This document shows positions 1 through 11,590 of a stretch of DNA of 64,000 bases, in pieces. The stretch comes from Haliotis rufescens (taxonomy: Eukaryota): positions 24,552,001 to 24,616,000 of the forward strand of contig NW_025963779.1 of NCBI RefSeq assembly GCF_023055435.1, read 5' to 3'. Within the stretch, counting starts at the first letter, position 1. Every line of letters starts with the position of its first letter. Under the pieces are notes generated by a model, which saw nothing but the letters and a program-made list of their open reading frames with translations, was not told the DNA's origin and made no database searches. The translations under genes and the position numbers were made by a program.

Positions 1-605
1 AATGTCATTAAACGCCTGGCTAATGTTGTGCCACTCCTGTCATTAAACAGTTGTGTATGTGATGCGAATGTATTTCGTTTACATCAATGTTAAGTTGTGG
101 GTTGCTTTAACCAATGTCCAATGGGGAAAGGCAGCTGTCAAGACGCGAGTCCATATCAGTAGCATGACAGTGATATATTGACTTTATATAACAACAAAGG
201 TCCCTTACTTGAGAAGTACGTGTCCCATAAGCACACAGAAATCGATCCACTGTTCACAGATCAATGCTATTACGTAAGCATGAATATTTCAGGTTGAGGA
301 TAGCGAGGACTTTGAAACCAATCTGTCAAAATAGATTTAACATTAGGCGCTTAGGCGCAACTTTGCTTCATGATCCGGGTCTGTTTGGGAGAAGGACCAC
401 TTCAGACTGCCAATGGCTTGTATGTAGAATGCGAAACTACTTTTCAGAAAGGAAATAGTGTTTACTTGCGGCTTTTAATAATACATTTTACCGTAACGTA
501 GATTGGTTAATCCCCACATTTTCATTTGTCGCTTCTCTCTTGTTTAAAGCACTTTTATGTGTTGGGCGCAAATAGACCTTTAATGGTCCAAGTCGTCCTA
601 AAACT

Positions 606-795
606 CATAGCATACCATAGCATACCATACCGTAGCATACCATACCATACCATACCATACCATAGCATACCGTAGCATACCATACCATACCATAGCATAC
701 CATACCGTAGCATACCATACCGTAGCATACCATACCATAGCATACCATACCATACCATACCATAGCATACCATACCATACCATACCTACCATACC
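606..795. repeat. Pentanucleotide microsatellite (CATAC/CATAG/CGTAG)n
   Basis: Tandem 5-mers are directly visible. ORFs 555..773 and 598..792 are its translation artefacts. Confidence 0.95.
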
Positions 796-1048
796 GACCC
801 GTGAAGATCCGGGTTAGAATAGGTCTTCAGCTAGACACCCATGCTTGCCGTAAAGGGCGACAAACGGGATCGGGTGGTCAGGCTCGCTGACTTAGTTGAT
901 GCATGACGTCATGCATCGATCCCAATTGCGTGCATCGATGATCATGATGTCAATCACTGGATTGTCTGGTACAAACTCAATTGTTTACAGGTCGCCGTCA
1001 TATAGCTGGAATATTGCTGAGTGTGGCGTTAAACAATGAACAAACAAT
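796..1048 (+). mobile_element. Short retroposon family 2 (no tRNA head; GTCGTAAGAGGCGAC-type body; (CAAA)n tail)
   Basis: Starts GACCCGTGAAGATCCGGG and ends GCTGGAATATTGCTGAGTGTGGCGTTAAAC. Homologous copies at about 5975-6190(-), 7617-7872(+), 8282-8566(+), 8853-9120(-), 22862-23133(+), 26311-26583(-), 35461-35711(-), 44480-44771(+), 57808-58080(+), 61343-61615(-). Confidence 0.85.
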
Positions 1049-1829
1049 ACCATATCATTGCTGGAATTGTGTGACCTATGACCTATGTTCCCGAAATGAA
1101 AATAATATTTAGCCTCAAAGTTTCAATTAAAAACAGTATCTGTAGCTGGAAAAGTACTAAACCTTGATGATGGTTGCCTGGTCGGAGCATGCGTGGATTA
1201 ACTGCTATACATGTGAGTAGCCTCATGACTACGATAAACACACGTCAGCAGCCCTGAAGGGGAGGGGTTGGAGACGGGTGGTAACTGCACAGCTGGTGGC
1301 ATCAGAGTGGGCATCAGCTGATATATACTCGACTCCTGCCGTATGTTCAGTGAGAGCTGATAAAGCACCTGTCACACCAGGAAGGGAGCGTGGCCGCATG
1401 CTTTTCCGGTAAGTAAGTATCTGATGTTGTCCGACAGGTATCAAGTGGACAGAAACCACCTCTTTTGGTGCTGTGTCTGTCGGCTGTGTTAGACTTTGTG
1501 AGACCTAACTGATATCCGATCAAAACTAACAGAATATTATCTCAACCACGTATAGACACTATGTTACGAGGAATGAAATGTGGGCATAGTGGTATTTTAT
1601 CTTCCTATTTTCGTATAAGAATTTGAAGTGTACATGAACACATAAAGAATAATTTAATTTACGTCATTTTAAAATCAACTGTCGTTGTTTAACTGAGTGT
1701 GGCCTTTCACTAAGTACTAAGTTCAGATGCTCACTACAAACTTTGATTACTGCATCATCAAACATTTTTATTGTCAGGCTTAAGTTTAGGCATTTTAGTT
1801 AAAGTCAAGCCAGACAAACACGTTGCTTA

Positions 1830-1989
1830 TGAATGAGTATTGTTTTACGCCGCTTTTAGCAATATTCCAGCAATATCACAGCGGGGGACACCAGAAATAG
1901 GCTTCACATATTGTACCCATGTGGAGAATCGAACCCGGGTCTTCGGCGTGACGAGCAAACACTTTAACCACTAGGCTACCCCACCGCCC
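1830..1989 (-). mobile_element. tRNA-derived SINE family 1
   Basis: Minus strand reads GGGCGGTGGGGTAGCCTAGTGGTTAAAG...GGGTTCGATTC (A and B boxes), then a tail ending GCGGCGTAAAAC. Other copies at 3638-3791, 13659-13817, 39916-40072, 58763-58913. Confidence 0.9.
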
Positions 1990-2210
1990 TGAAAATGCTT
2001 AAGACACCAAAAATGAGACAACCTACCAAAGGTCAATCTCACGTTTTGGAAGGCTATGTTTTAGTTAATAAAGGTAGTGGGGTTTCAACAAATTCTGATT
2101 TCAATATAATTTAACAAAAGTGCACACTGACATTTGAACCTGCGTTCACTGCGTAGCAGAACACAAACGAGTCTTTTAACATATTTTGTAGCTTCGAGAC
2201 CTTGTCAACG

Positions 2211-2366
2211 ATGGGAGCTCGTCATGAAAAGCCCCTAGCGAGACCAGCATCTGGGACTCAGCCAGATGGAAGTATGAATGTAGCCCTGAGTCAGACCAGC
2301 CTGCCGGGGCATGACTTACATGGGACCATTATCATCATATACAAGTTCCCCGATGGAACACAAGGG
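2211..2366 (+). CDS. Deltex C-terminal-domain (DTC)-only gene, coding exon 1
   Basis: GTQPDGSM...LPGHDLHGTIIIIYKFPDGTQG aligns with the DTC start GNQPEGSM...LPGYETCGTISITYHLPSG. Acceptor tttgtag ends at 2191; donor GTGAGT at 2367, phase 0. An upstream coding exon is not excluded. Confidence 0.75.
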
Positions 2367-3217
2367 GTGAGTACACCACCTGCACAGACGCCCGCTAGGT
2401 GGCAGCATGGGACCACCCACGGCGCCATAGTGATGCGTGATGCATGATGGGTACAGAATGTACGGGTCCGTCGTATGAGACATGTGGCAACCCTCCTGGG
2501 ACTCCGGGGAGTATATGCCGCCTGTGGTTTCATGAGTTGGATAAAACCTGTAACTTTGTATTGTTAATATTATGTTCTCGCAGGCTACAGTGGATCATAC
2601 GGGTATTGTTATACTACCCTATTGAAAGGAAGAATACGTGTTGTTTATGGTCCAAATATCGAATATGAAGTAATCATTGATGCTAAAATGTATATGTTGA
2701 TATGCATCAATAATTCAGGAAACAAGACAACTGTCAATTGTGTTAAAAAGGAGCTTAACTTTGGGTAATTGTCAGTGCTAGCAAATTTGTGTCATGCCCC
2801 TAAGCACATATGTGTTTGTCTTCTGACTCAAATGCTGTGATGCAATTCAGTATAGAGTTGATTACCCTTCAATACCAAAAGATACTATATCAGTTACACA
2901 CATTGCGGTAATTCGACGAGTAGATCTTGGTTTTAAATCGTTAACATTTAAGGAAGCATATCGCTGGTATTCTCTTACGAGTTTTGCCTTTTACAGTTAC
3001 AGAGTGCAAGGGTAATTATTACGTCCCAAAGGTAGGCAGCGGAGAGTGTTCATCAACATTGTGCTGTGTATCACATCTCCATCACGACCTCCTGGCGGAA
3101 CAACACAGGGAACCCTTCCCAATTGATCCCCAACACAGCATGGGGTATCTTACACAGTATACTGAATAATTCGAGTTGTCTGTACACTAAATATTCGTAT
3201 GTACCCCCTGTTGCCAG

Positions 3218-3435
3218 AGAGACCACCCCAGCCCGGGAGACCAGTACAAGGGCACCACACGTGTAGCCTATCTGCCGGACTGTAGGGAAGGTAGAGGTGT
3301 TCTCCAGCTCTTGAGGACTGCATTTGACAGGAAGCTGACATTTACCATTGGTCGTTCTACAACCACCAGTGAAGAGAATGTCGTGACGTGGAACGGTGTT
3401 AGCCATAAGACACTGGCGGTAGCAGGAACTAGCAG
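3218..3435 (+). CDS. DTC-only gene, coding exon 2 (not in the ORF track)
   Basis: Manual translation: RDHPSPGDQYKGTTRVAYLPDCREGRGVLQLLRTAFDRKLTFTIGRSTTTSEENVVTWNGVSHKT. 218 nt with AG/GT borders, the same length and phase as exon 19597-19814. Confidence 0.88.
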
Positions 3436-3637
3436 GTACACACAGTCCGGTACACCAGCACTCTGAACCATTGTTTCCCAAAGGTGGATTCAGCATTTTT
3501 TTAAAGGGAGGGGTCCAAAATATCAAAATCTTCTCTCAGCCAATGTCACTGCCTTCAAAATACCCCGGGGTTCTGGCCCCCTGGACCCGATGGACCCCCT
3601 CTGCATCCGCCTATGTTTCCAAAACTAATCACCAGTA

Positions 3638-3791
3638 GTGAGTGAGTACGGTTTTACGCCGAAATATTCCAGCAATATCACGGCGGGGGACAGCAGAAAT
3701 GGGCTTCCCACATTGTACCCATGTCGGGAATCGAGCCCGGGTCTTCGGCGTGACGAGCGAACGCTTTAACCACTAGGCTACCTGACCGCCC
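3638..3791 (-). mobile_element. tRNA-derived SINE family 1 with 13-bp TSD
   Basis: Flanked by direct repeat CTAATCACCAGTA (3625-3637 and 3792-3804). Confidence 0.92.
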
Positions 3792-3889
3792 CTAATCACC
3801 AGTAACAAAGCAGTCGCTGTGAACATTAGAAAAACATATCATGTATTTTTTATTGAAGTTTCTTGTTTGCAAGTTCTGAAAACTAACAA

Positions 3890-4745
3890 CTCGAATCAAT
3901 GGATACTGGTTAGGGGAGTAGAATCACTGAATTCTAAAGGCGAGTACAATCACTTCATTTTGGCTAGTCGAGCATAATCACTGGATACAGGTAACGCGAG
4001 TAGAATCACTGAATTCTAAAGGCGAGTATAATCACTTCGTTTTGGCTAGTCGAGCATAATCACTGGATACAGGTAACGCGAGTAGAATCACGAGATACTG
4101 CTAAGGCGAGTAGAATAACTGTACACCGGTAAGGCGAGTATAATTACAAGATATTTGTAAGGCGTGTAGAATCACTTGATATAGGTACGCCGAGTAGAAT
4201 CCCTGGACACTGATAAGGTGAGTAGAATCACTGTATGCTGGTAGGGCGAGTAGAATCAATGTACACTAGTTAGGCGAGTAGAATTCCTGAACACTGATAA
4301 GGTGAGTAGAATCACTGTATGCTGGTAGAGCGAGTAGAATCAATGTACACTAGTTAGGCGAGTAGAATTCCTGAACACTGATAAGGTGAGTAGAATCACT
4401 GTATGCTGGTAGGGCGAGTAGAATCAATGTACACTAGTTAGGCGAGTAGAATTCCTGAACACTGGTAAGGCTTGTAGCTACAAATCACTGTACACTAATT
4501 AGGTGAGTAGAATCAATGTACACTAATTAGGCGAGTAGAACCACTGGATATTGGTAAGGCGAGTAGAATTCCTGAACACTGGTAAGGCTTGTAGAATCAC
4601 TGTACACTAATTAGGTGAGTAGAATCAATGTACACTAATTAGGCGAGTAGAACCACTGGATATTGGTAAGGCGAGTAGAATTCCTGAACACTGGTAAGGC
4701 TTGTAGAATCACTGTACACTAATTAGGCGAGTAGAATCAAAAGAT
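3890..4745. repeat. About 28-bp minisatellite (TAAGGCGAGTAGAATCACTG...)
   Basis: Tandem imperfect units inside an intron of the DTC-only gene. Confidence 0.9.
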
Positions 4746-5025
4746 ACCGTGTTTGGTAAATGTACTGTACACTAGAAGCCCCGTGACCTACGGCACCACA
4801 ATACGCCGTGCAAGGTTGCGTCCCTTATGCGTGCAAAGATCCAATGATGGTGGGTTTGAACCCCAGATTCTCCCTGCTTATGATTCTTGGTTTGTCAGTC
4901 CTAAACGTGTGATCGCGGGTTTTACTGAAGTTGTTAACAATGTTAAGACATGTTTCACACAGTGCTTCACGTTCTTCATTAAGCTGATATAACTCACATA
5001 AAAAACAAAGTGGCGCTAAACTTTA

Positions 5026-5296
5026 CTCACTCACCCACCCACCCACCCACCCACTCACANNNNNNNNNNNNNNNNNNNNNNNNNNNNNNNNNNNNNNNNN
5101 NNNNNNNNNNNNNNNNNNNNNNNNNNNNNNNNNNNNNNNNNNNNNNNNNNNNNNNNNNNNNNNNNNNNNNNNNNNNNNNNNNNNNNNNNNNNAACCACCC
5201 ACCCACAGACTCACTCACTCACCCACCCACCCATCCAATCACCCACCCACCCACTCACTCACTCACTCACTCACTCACTCACTCACTCACTCACTC
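5026..5296. repeat. (CACC/CACT)n microsatellite containing an assembly gap (N 5060-5192)
   Basis: Directly visible. Confidence 0.95.
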
Positions 5297-5297
5297 A

Positions 5298-5558
5298 GGG
5301 GGGCACGGGTGGCCCAGTCGTCTAAGGCGCCGCGATTCGCTGTGCAGAGTTGCGTCCCTTGGGCATGCCAGAAACCCATGATTGTGGGTTCGAATCCCGG
5401 TTCGCCCCGATTATGTTTCAAGGTTTGTCAGCACCGAAGTGGTAAACGTCTGAGACCTGCATCACTTAGGGCTTTCCTCCTACATTAAGCTGACACGCCG
5501 TGATATGACTGGACTACTGTTAAAAGCGGCGTTAAACCCAACTCACTCACTTACTCAT
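5298..5558 (+). mobile_element. tRNA-derived SINE family 3 (extended Leu/Ser-like head)
   Basis: GGTGGCCCAGTCGTCTAAGGCG...GGGTTCGAATCCC head; tail GCGGCGTTAAACCC(ACTC)n. Reverse copy at 29243-29525; degraded copies near 4810, 7300, 22501 and 57235. Confidence 0.8.
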
Positions 5559-5589
5559 TACTAACTCAGTACATTTTGTTTCTATTCAG

Positions 5590-5962
5590 GTGGAGTTACC
5601 CGGATCCAACGTATCTAGTCCAGGTGAGGGAGGAACTGGCCAGGAAAGGAGTCACTGAGAACGGGACAACTGGTTCTTCCAACTTGTTCCCTGGGGACAA
5701 CAGAGTCCACCCTGACGGTAAAGATGACAACAAGAAGGCGATGACATGCAATGAATACTACGGTGACCGTGCAGAATGTAGCAGACAGTGTTGTATATTC
5801 CAGCAGGAACGTGGAAGACCTGGAGGTAGGGACAGGGGCGGGCGACAGGCCCTGACAACACAAGCGTGTTGTAGTTATGGGCATCACAAGCGGCCACCAG
5901 GACAAGCTGTACGAGATCACCTGCCGGAGGCTGGGCACCATGACGTCGCCATGGTTGCATAA
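5590..5962 (+). CDS. DTC-only gene, terminal exon
   Basis: Acceptor ttcag, phase 2. WSYPDPTYLVQVREELARKGVTE matches the Deltex C-terminal GYPDPxYL...EL...GV motif. Joined CDS is 747 nt = 248 aa. Confidence 0.8.
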
Positions 5963-6730
5963 CACGGAGAAATGTTTGTTTGGTGCAGGCGCCGAACTCA
6001 GCAATATTCCAGCTCTATGACGACAGTCTGTAAATAATCGTGTCTGGACCAGACAATCTAATAATTGACATGATCATCAACCTATTCAATTGGGATACAA
6101 TGAGATATATCAACGAGCTCAGCGAACCCTCTCTCCCCTTACGACAAGCGTGGGTTGCTGAAGATCAGTTCTAACTCCGATCTTCATGGGGAGAAATGTG
6201 TTCAGTTGTAATACTCGCTACACCATTATATACCCTTTTTAGAAATAACACTGCATTTCCTCTTGATCTTCTGATGCTAAACCGAGACTGGTTGTCACGT
6301 TGGCCGTGTCACTATGTCATGGTTGGGTTAGGCAAAAACCATGTTAAGAGAAGAACTGCAAAGGCCATAGCTGAACGGTAGGCGCGTCCTGGAGGACTAT
6401 GTGTTTTGGGTAGAGGTCCCGTCTGATCACACCGTGCCGCTGGAGACTGCGATTGAAGGTGTCAACATTCACTTATTCAGGACGCTGGCGACTTGTAGAC
6501 TTTATCATTAGGTTTGTAACCTGGCTGTGAAACGTCTTGCATTTTCACCAGAAGTGTTTTCACCGCATATTGTGTAGGGCAAGCATTCATTTACGTATAT
6601 ATGTGTATGTACAAAGAAATAATAAATATATATTAAAAATTGGTATCATGATTAATTTTGTTAGGGTGTAATAAAAACGTAATATTGTATTGGTATAACC
6701 GAGCAGCGACAAGGTGTCGGCTAGACCTGT

Positions 6731-7283
6731 GGCATCTTCCCGAGGCAAGGGAGTTAACTGACTGTAAAAGTCCAGTTTCTACCCTTGCGGAACTAGGCTG
6801 GCATTTCAGGGTTCGAACGTAGCGCAACCCATGGCCTTTACGAGTTATGTCCCTTCTATGTCCATCCTATTTACCATTCAAATTCCACCTCTGATATCAC
6901 CTGCATTCGCTTCAAACAAATGGAGGCGCCCAGTGAAGACCATATGGTCCAGTATCAAGATTTTTATTGTAATAAAACGGGTCTTACTTCGCGGAGCGCA
7001 TCAAATCACGTGAGAAACCTTGATTAAAAGCATGAAAGGATTTTAAAAATATGTGTTGACGCTAAGTTTACGGTACACATACTTTGCAAATCCTGCAATC
7101 GACCGGAATCTGCACGGCAGTATTATACGAACCGGGTGTTGATTTCGTTACGCGATTTTGATTGGACTATACATAGACTCTTTAGCCCAGCCAAATTATA
7201 ACTCCATAATCCCAGCCTTGTTCGACAAGAGTGGAAACTGGAATTTTTTAGTCAGTCAACTCTCTTGCCTCGGGAAGATGGCC
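6731..7283. mobile_element. Non-autonomous TIR element (MITE-like)
   Basis: About 70-bp imperfect inverted ends: CATCTTCCCGAGGCAAG... / ...CTTGCCTCGGGAAGATG. Confidence 0.75.
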
Positions 7284-8281
7284 CAGTGAGTTCGGTGCTG
7301 CCATTCCACATACAGAGTTGTGTCCCTTATAATTAAGTGCCAGGATTCACTGGTCGTGAGTTCAAAGCTTAGTTTCACCCTGATTGCGTACACGTGGGTT
7401 TACCACAGTCGTAATAGTTTACGACCTCCGTAATGATGGGCTTTCCTCCTTATGACCCTGACACGCCGTGATATCGCTGTACTTTGGTGGCAGATTGTTA
7501 CTCGTGCTCACATCCTGTCTTCCACATGTATTTGGAAACATCTTCAACTATTAATGTAAGATTCATAAACTACAGCGACACATCAGTTTTTTTATATTAT
7601 ATTCATTTCACATTGCGACCAGTGAAGAACCGGGGTAGAATAAGTCTGCAATCCATGCATGCCGTAAAAGGCGACTATGCTTGTCGTAAGAGGCGACTAA
7701 CGGGATCGGGTGGTCAGGCTTGCTGACTAGGTTGGTGCACGTCATCGTATACCAATTGCGTGGACCGATGCTCATGATGTCAATCACTGGGTTGTCTGGT
7801 CCAGACTCGATTATTTACGAACCGCCGTCATATAGCTGGAGTACGTCGTTAAACAAGAAACGAACAAACAAATCATATTACATTGCGCATGTACTGGAGG
7901 ATAGCAATGCAACATATAAATATGTCTACTCGAGTCTTTTGTACAGTTCAAACATCCTGTTACTTACATTGAATAAGTAAATGTAAACACAACAGAGCCG
8001 CATCATGAACTGAAACATGAACCACAGCCAGGATTCTCTGACGAAAGCTATGCAAGGAGGAGTTACTTCCCTTATTTGTCAAGGCGGCGTAGGATCAAAG
8101 ACGGCCAACTATAAACCAGTGTAGTTAGTTGCTTTCATAACCATGGATTCTTATCTTACCAAGATATCTGGTCTATGTTTCAATTCGAAAATACACATCT
8201 GAATGACGTATTTAATTTATGTCAAATATGTGTTGAAATGAAAAGATATATATAGTGTTATACCCTATCTCATTCTTCAAA

Positions 8282-8566
8282 GTACCCGTGAAGATCCGGG
8301 GTAGAATAGGTCTTTAGCAATCCATGCTTGCCGTAAAAGGCGACTATGCTTGTCGTAAGAGGCGACTAACGGGATCGGGTGGTCAGGCTCGCTGACTTTG
8401 TTGATGCATGTCATCGTATCCCAATTGCGTGGATCGATGCTCATGATGTCAATCACTGGATTGTCTGGTCCAGACTCGATTATTGACAGACCGCCGTCAA
8501 ATAGCTAGAATACTGCTAAGTGCAGCGTTTAAAAAAACCACACAAACACAACAACAACAAACACAA
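8282..8566 (+). mobile_element. Retroposon family 2, full-length with 12-bp TSD
   Basis: TSD TCATTCTTCAAA at 8270-8281 and 8567-8578. Confidence 0.9.
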
Positions 8567-10483
8567 TCATTCTTCAAATACTGTCGCTCTTGTTAATACA
8601 TCATAGCTAATATAGAGGAACACACTTCACCTTTAATCATCCCATATAAACTTCTGTCGGAGAAACGAGAATTATAATTGCCGAAACGCACGAAATGGCC
8701 ACTGTTTACAAATATGCTGTATGTGTTACAACTTTGTTCTTGGTCAGATGATAGCCACGTATAGGTAAGGGGAAGAGGTGGTTCGACCAGCCAGGGGAAT
8801 CCGTACATTTCCAAACAGAGAATGCAAACCCCCACCGTCCTGGCATCCAATTTATGTTGTTTGTTTTATGTTGTTTAACGCCGCACTCAACAATATTCCA
8901 GCTATATGACAACGGTTTGTAAATAATCGAGTCTGGACCAGACAATCCAGTGATTCTCATCATGAACATCGATCCATGCAATTGGTATACGATGACGTGC
9001 ATCAACCAAGTCAGCAAGCCTGACCACCCGATCCCGTTAGTCGCCTTTTATGACAAGCATAGTCGCCTTTTACGGCAAGCATGGGTTGGTGAAGTCTTAT
9101 TCTACCCAGGATCTTTACGCATCCAATTTTAGAACTCTTGAGTCATATTAGTCTACGCAGCTGGTACAAGTAAATTAGACTGGGAATTGCACATAGAATG
9201 CGTGACCATGCGTGCTCATAAGCTTAAACCTTCAGGGATCGGCATCCATCGTACCGAAAGTGGTTGAGCCCCGCAAACACAGGCCATCGTGGCCTACATT
9301 CGTCATGACTCGCAACTTTCCGTAATTGGTTTGTCCCGGAATCGTACGAGTTTGTCACGATAGCCCTGGCGATGCTATGCCAGGAGGAGTTACCTCCCTT
9401 GCGACTACACTTGACGCGGCGTATCAGTGACAGTCCAGTGCAGACGACACTTAGTTTCATTAGGTATAATGTGACGGGCGAGGCAGACCTCTCACCGATC
9501 TCAACTCAGGGTAATACCGATGTTCCCTTGGAGAATATACTCTTACTATTTCTAAATCAACTTCTCATTTCATCGACTGGCTATCATATGCCCAATAAAT
9601 CAATGGTATTTTGATATGTTTGTGTGTAACTATTGCAATATAAATTGTATAAATATGAAAAGAGTATGAAACTATCATTTTGAATTTGTGAATGAAATGT
9701 TATATCTATTTAAGACATTGTAAATTCTAATCAATGCAGAAAATCATACGTAGCCTAAGTTGTCATATATTAAAATTTATATGCATTTGCAATATTGATG
9801 ATTCTAATCAACTCAAAGGTCGGTGTTTTTGCGTGTAATCTTGACTATATATCATCTCCCGACGACATCTTTATCTGTCGCAACATGCTTAGATAGCATA
9901 TACAACACACAGCTATGGGGTCTAGTTCACTTTGACCCGTTGAATCGTGACATAATTTCCTAGTTTCGGTTTGAAATCAGTCGCCCAAGACTGTGCAGTC
10001 CTGTCGTGGTCATCGAGGGTGAGTACATACGGAATGGCAGGCGCGTATTATATGTAATTTGAGCCTGTGTAGGTTAGTGTCTATCATATGTGTCTCCCGT
10101 GCCCTGTAGGCCGGTCATGGTAGACAGCCAGAGGGACTCGTCAAGCACAGCCAACAGTCGAACCAGGAAGTGGGTGTCCCCGCGTCCGTAAACAACATGG
10201 CTGTGCTCGGCGATCGTGAACTGGTACTGCAGTAGTTATATCGAGAGCAGAAAGTAGACAGGATGCTATATTTCCATGTTTGTAGATCGAGTGGTGTTAG
10301 GCTAATGGATATCATAATCCTTCAGCACGGACGCGTAGATTGTGTTATCATGTGATGTGATTTGTTGTTCACCCATATTTATTAATTTATTCAATATGTG
10401 CAAGTTACAGGGGTGTCGGTGATGATGCAACGTATAACATTAATTGAATTTGACCAATTGACATGCTCATTACTAATCGATGA

Positions 10484-10500
10484 ACTTTCGCTTTCGTTTT
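10484..10500 (-). promoter_or_regulatory. IRF-E/ISRE-like motif upstream of the macro-Deltex gene
   Basis: Minus strand AAAACGAAAGCGAAAGT fits AANNGAAANNGAAA. A second GAAAGCTGAAACT lies at 10792-10804. Motif match only. Confidence 0.35.
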
Positions 10501-10858
10501 ATGTAGATGCCTTGGGTAGAGTTATCTCCCCTTAATATTCACAAAGGCTATGTTGGGTCACCCAGTGACTGCAGGTTGATTCGGCTATTTATTCTATTTT
10601 CAGGCCAAGTGAGGTAATGTCGTCGCGGGACGTCCGTCGTCGTCCAGATATTGTTATATATTACTTTGTCATTTTTGTTAAATACGTAGTGCTCTTTGGT
10701 ACATGTATAGTTAGTAGTGGGACTCAAGATAATTGTTTTTTGTGATGTTTCAACTTGGACCTTTATTTGACCTTTGCACTTCAATCATAGTGAAAGCTGA
10801 AACTTTTTATGACCATTACTGAAACATTTTGTTTTGGAATGTAATGAAATTTAGTATA

Positions 10859-11236
10859 CCGTATTCGACGCAATAAGCGCCTAGGGCGCTCGCAAAATTA
10901 GAAAAAGGGGACTCTTATTAGAATATAGTTTTGGTAAGAAAAAAAAACCAGAGTTGAAAGATCTGTAATATTTTGGTTTATGTTGACAGCCTTATATGAT
11001 ACTAAAGAAAAGTCTGTGCGTATTTTACACGACATATATATTTTCAAGAATTTAAATGCCCATAATTAATGATGCATATAACACTCGAGTGCGTATTATG
11101 CGCGAATAAATAAGTCTTGTGTACACTGATCAATCGGAAGGGGTGCTAATTGGGATTGTTCACTAGCCAATATATCAGCACATAACGCACATATATCAGC
11201 ACATAACGCCGTGGGCGCTTATTACGTCGAATACGG
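10859..11236. mobile_element. Tc1/mariner-pogo-type MITE with TA TSD
   Basis: TIRs CCGTATTCGACG(C/T)AATAAGCGCC with TA on both sides. Second copy at 42851-43171. Confidence 0.88.
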
Positions 11237-11497
11237 TATGTGATAATCTAAACTCAACTCCTTCAACTGATCATACACTTAGACAATTAAGCTACTCCAT
11301 AGTTCACATAGTTAATTTCATGCCTATTGAACCTGTGCTGAGAGTAAGGTAATTTAGGTTAATTAAACGAAATTGTAACATATATACTCCCTAAGCTGTG
11401 AGTCCCCTATCCCTACTCAGTACTTTAATCTAATTAGGACTGATACATTACACCTGTAGGTATATTCCCTCTTTGCCTAAAGAAAAATAGCTAACAA

Positions 11498-11590
11498 TTG
11501 GGACGTCTAACTAATGGGACGTCTAACTAATGGGACGTCTAACTAATGGGATGGGACGTCTAACTAATGGGACGTCTAACTAATGGGATA
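11498..11590. repeat. 16-bp tandem repeat TGGGACGTCTAACTAA (about 5 units)
   Basis: Directly visible. Confidence 0.85.

Noticed and set aside
1900-1989. Possible tRNA genes (also 3700-3791, 39053-39125, 5298-5410)
   Set aside because: They continue into shared SINE bodies and tails, several with TSDs, so they are SINE heads.
2471-2492. GTATGAGACATGTGGCAAC resembling the Deltex YETCGT codons inside an intron
   Set aside because: Too short to separate an exon remnant from chance; no flanking homology or splice sites.
3481-3615. Possible small MITE (AGGTGGATTCAG...CTGCATCCGCCT)
   Set aside because: Short imperfect ends, single copy, no clear TSD.
5010-5381. ORFs spanning the N gap
   Set aside because: Artefacts of Ns and microsatellite.
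7484-9132. Recurrent short ORFs (ITGLSGPDSII, CINQVSEPDHPIPLVA)
   Set aside because: They are translations of retroposon family 2 copies.
10197-10223. Possible first coding exon MAVLGDREL splicing in phase 0 to 12648
   Set aside because: The donor GTACTG is weak and there is no independent support, so it is not listed as a CDS.
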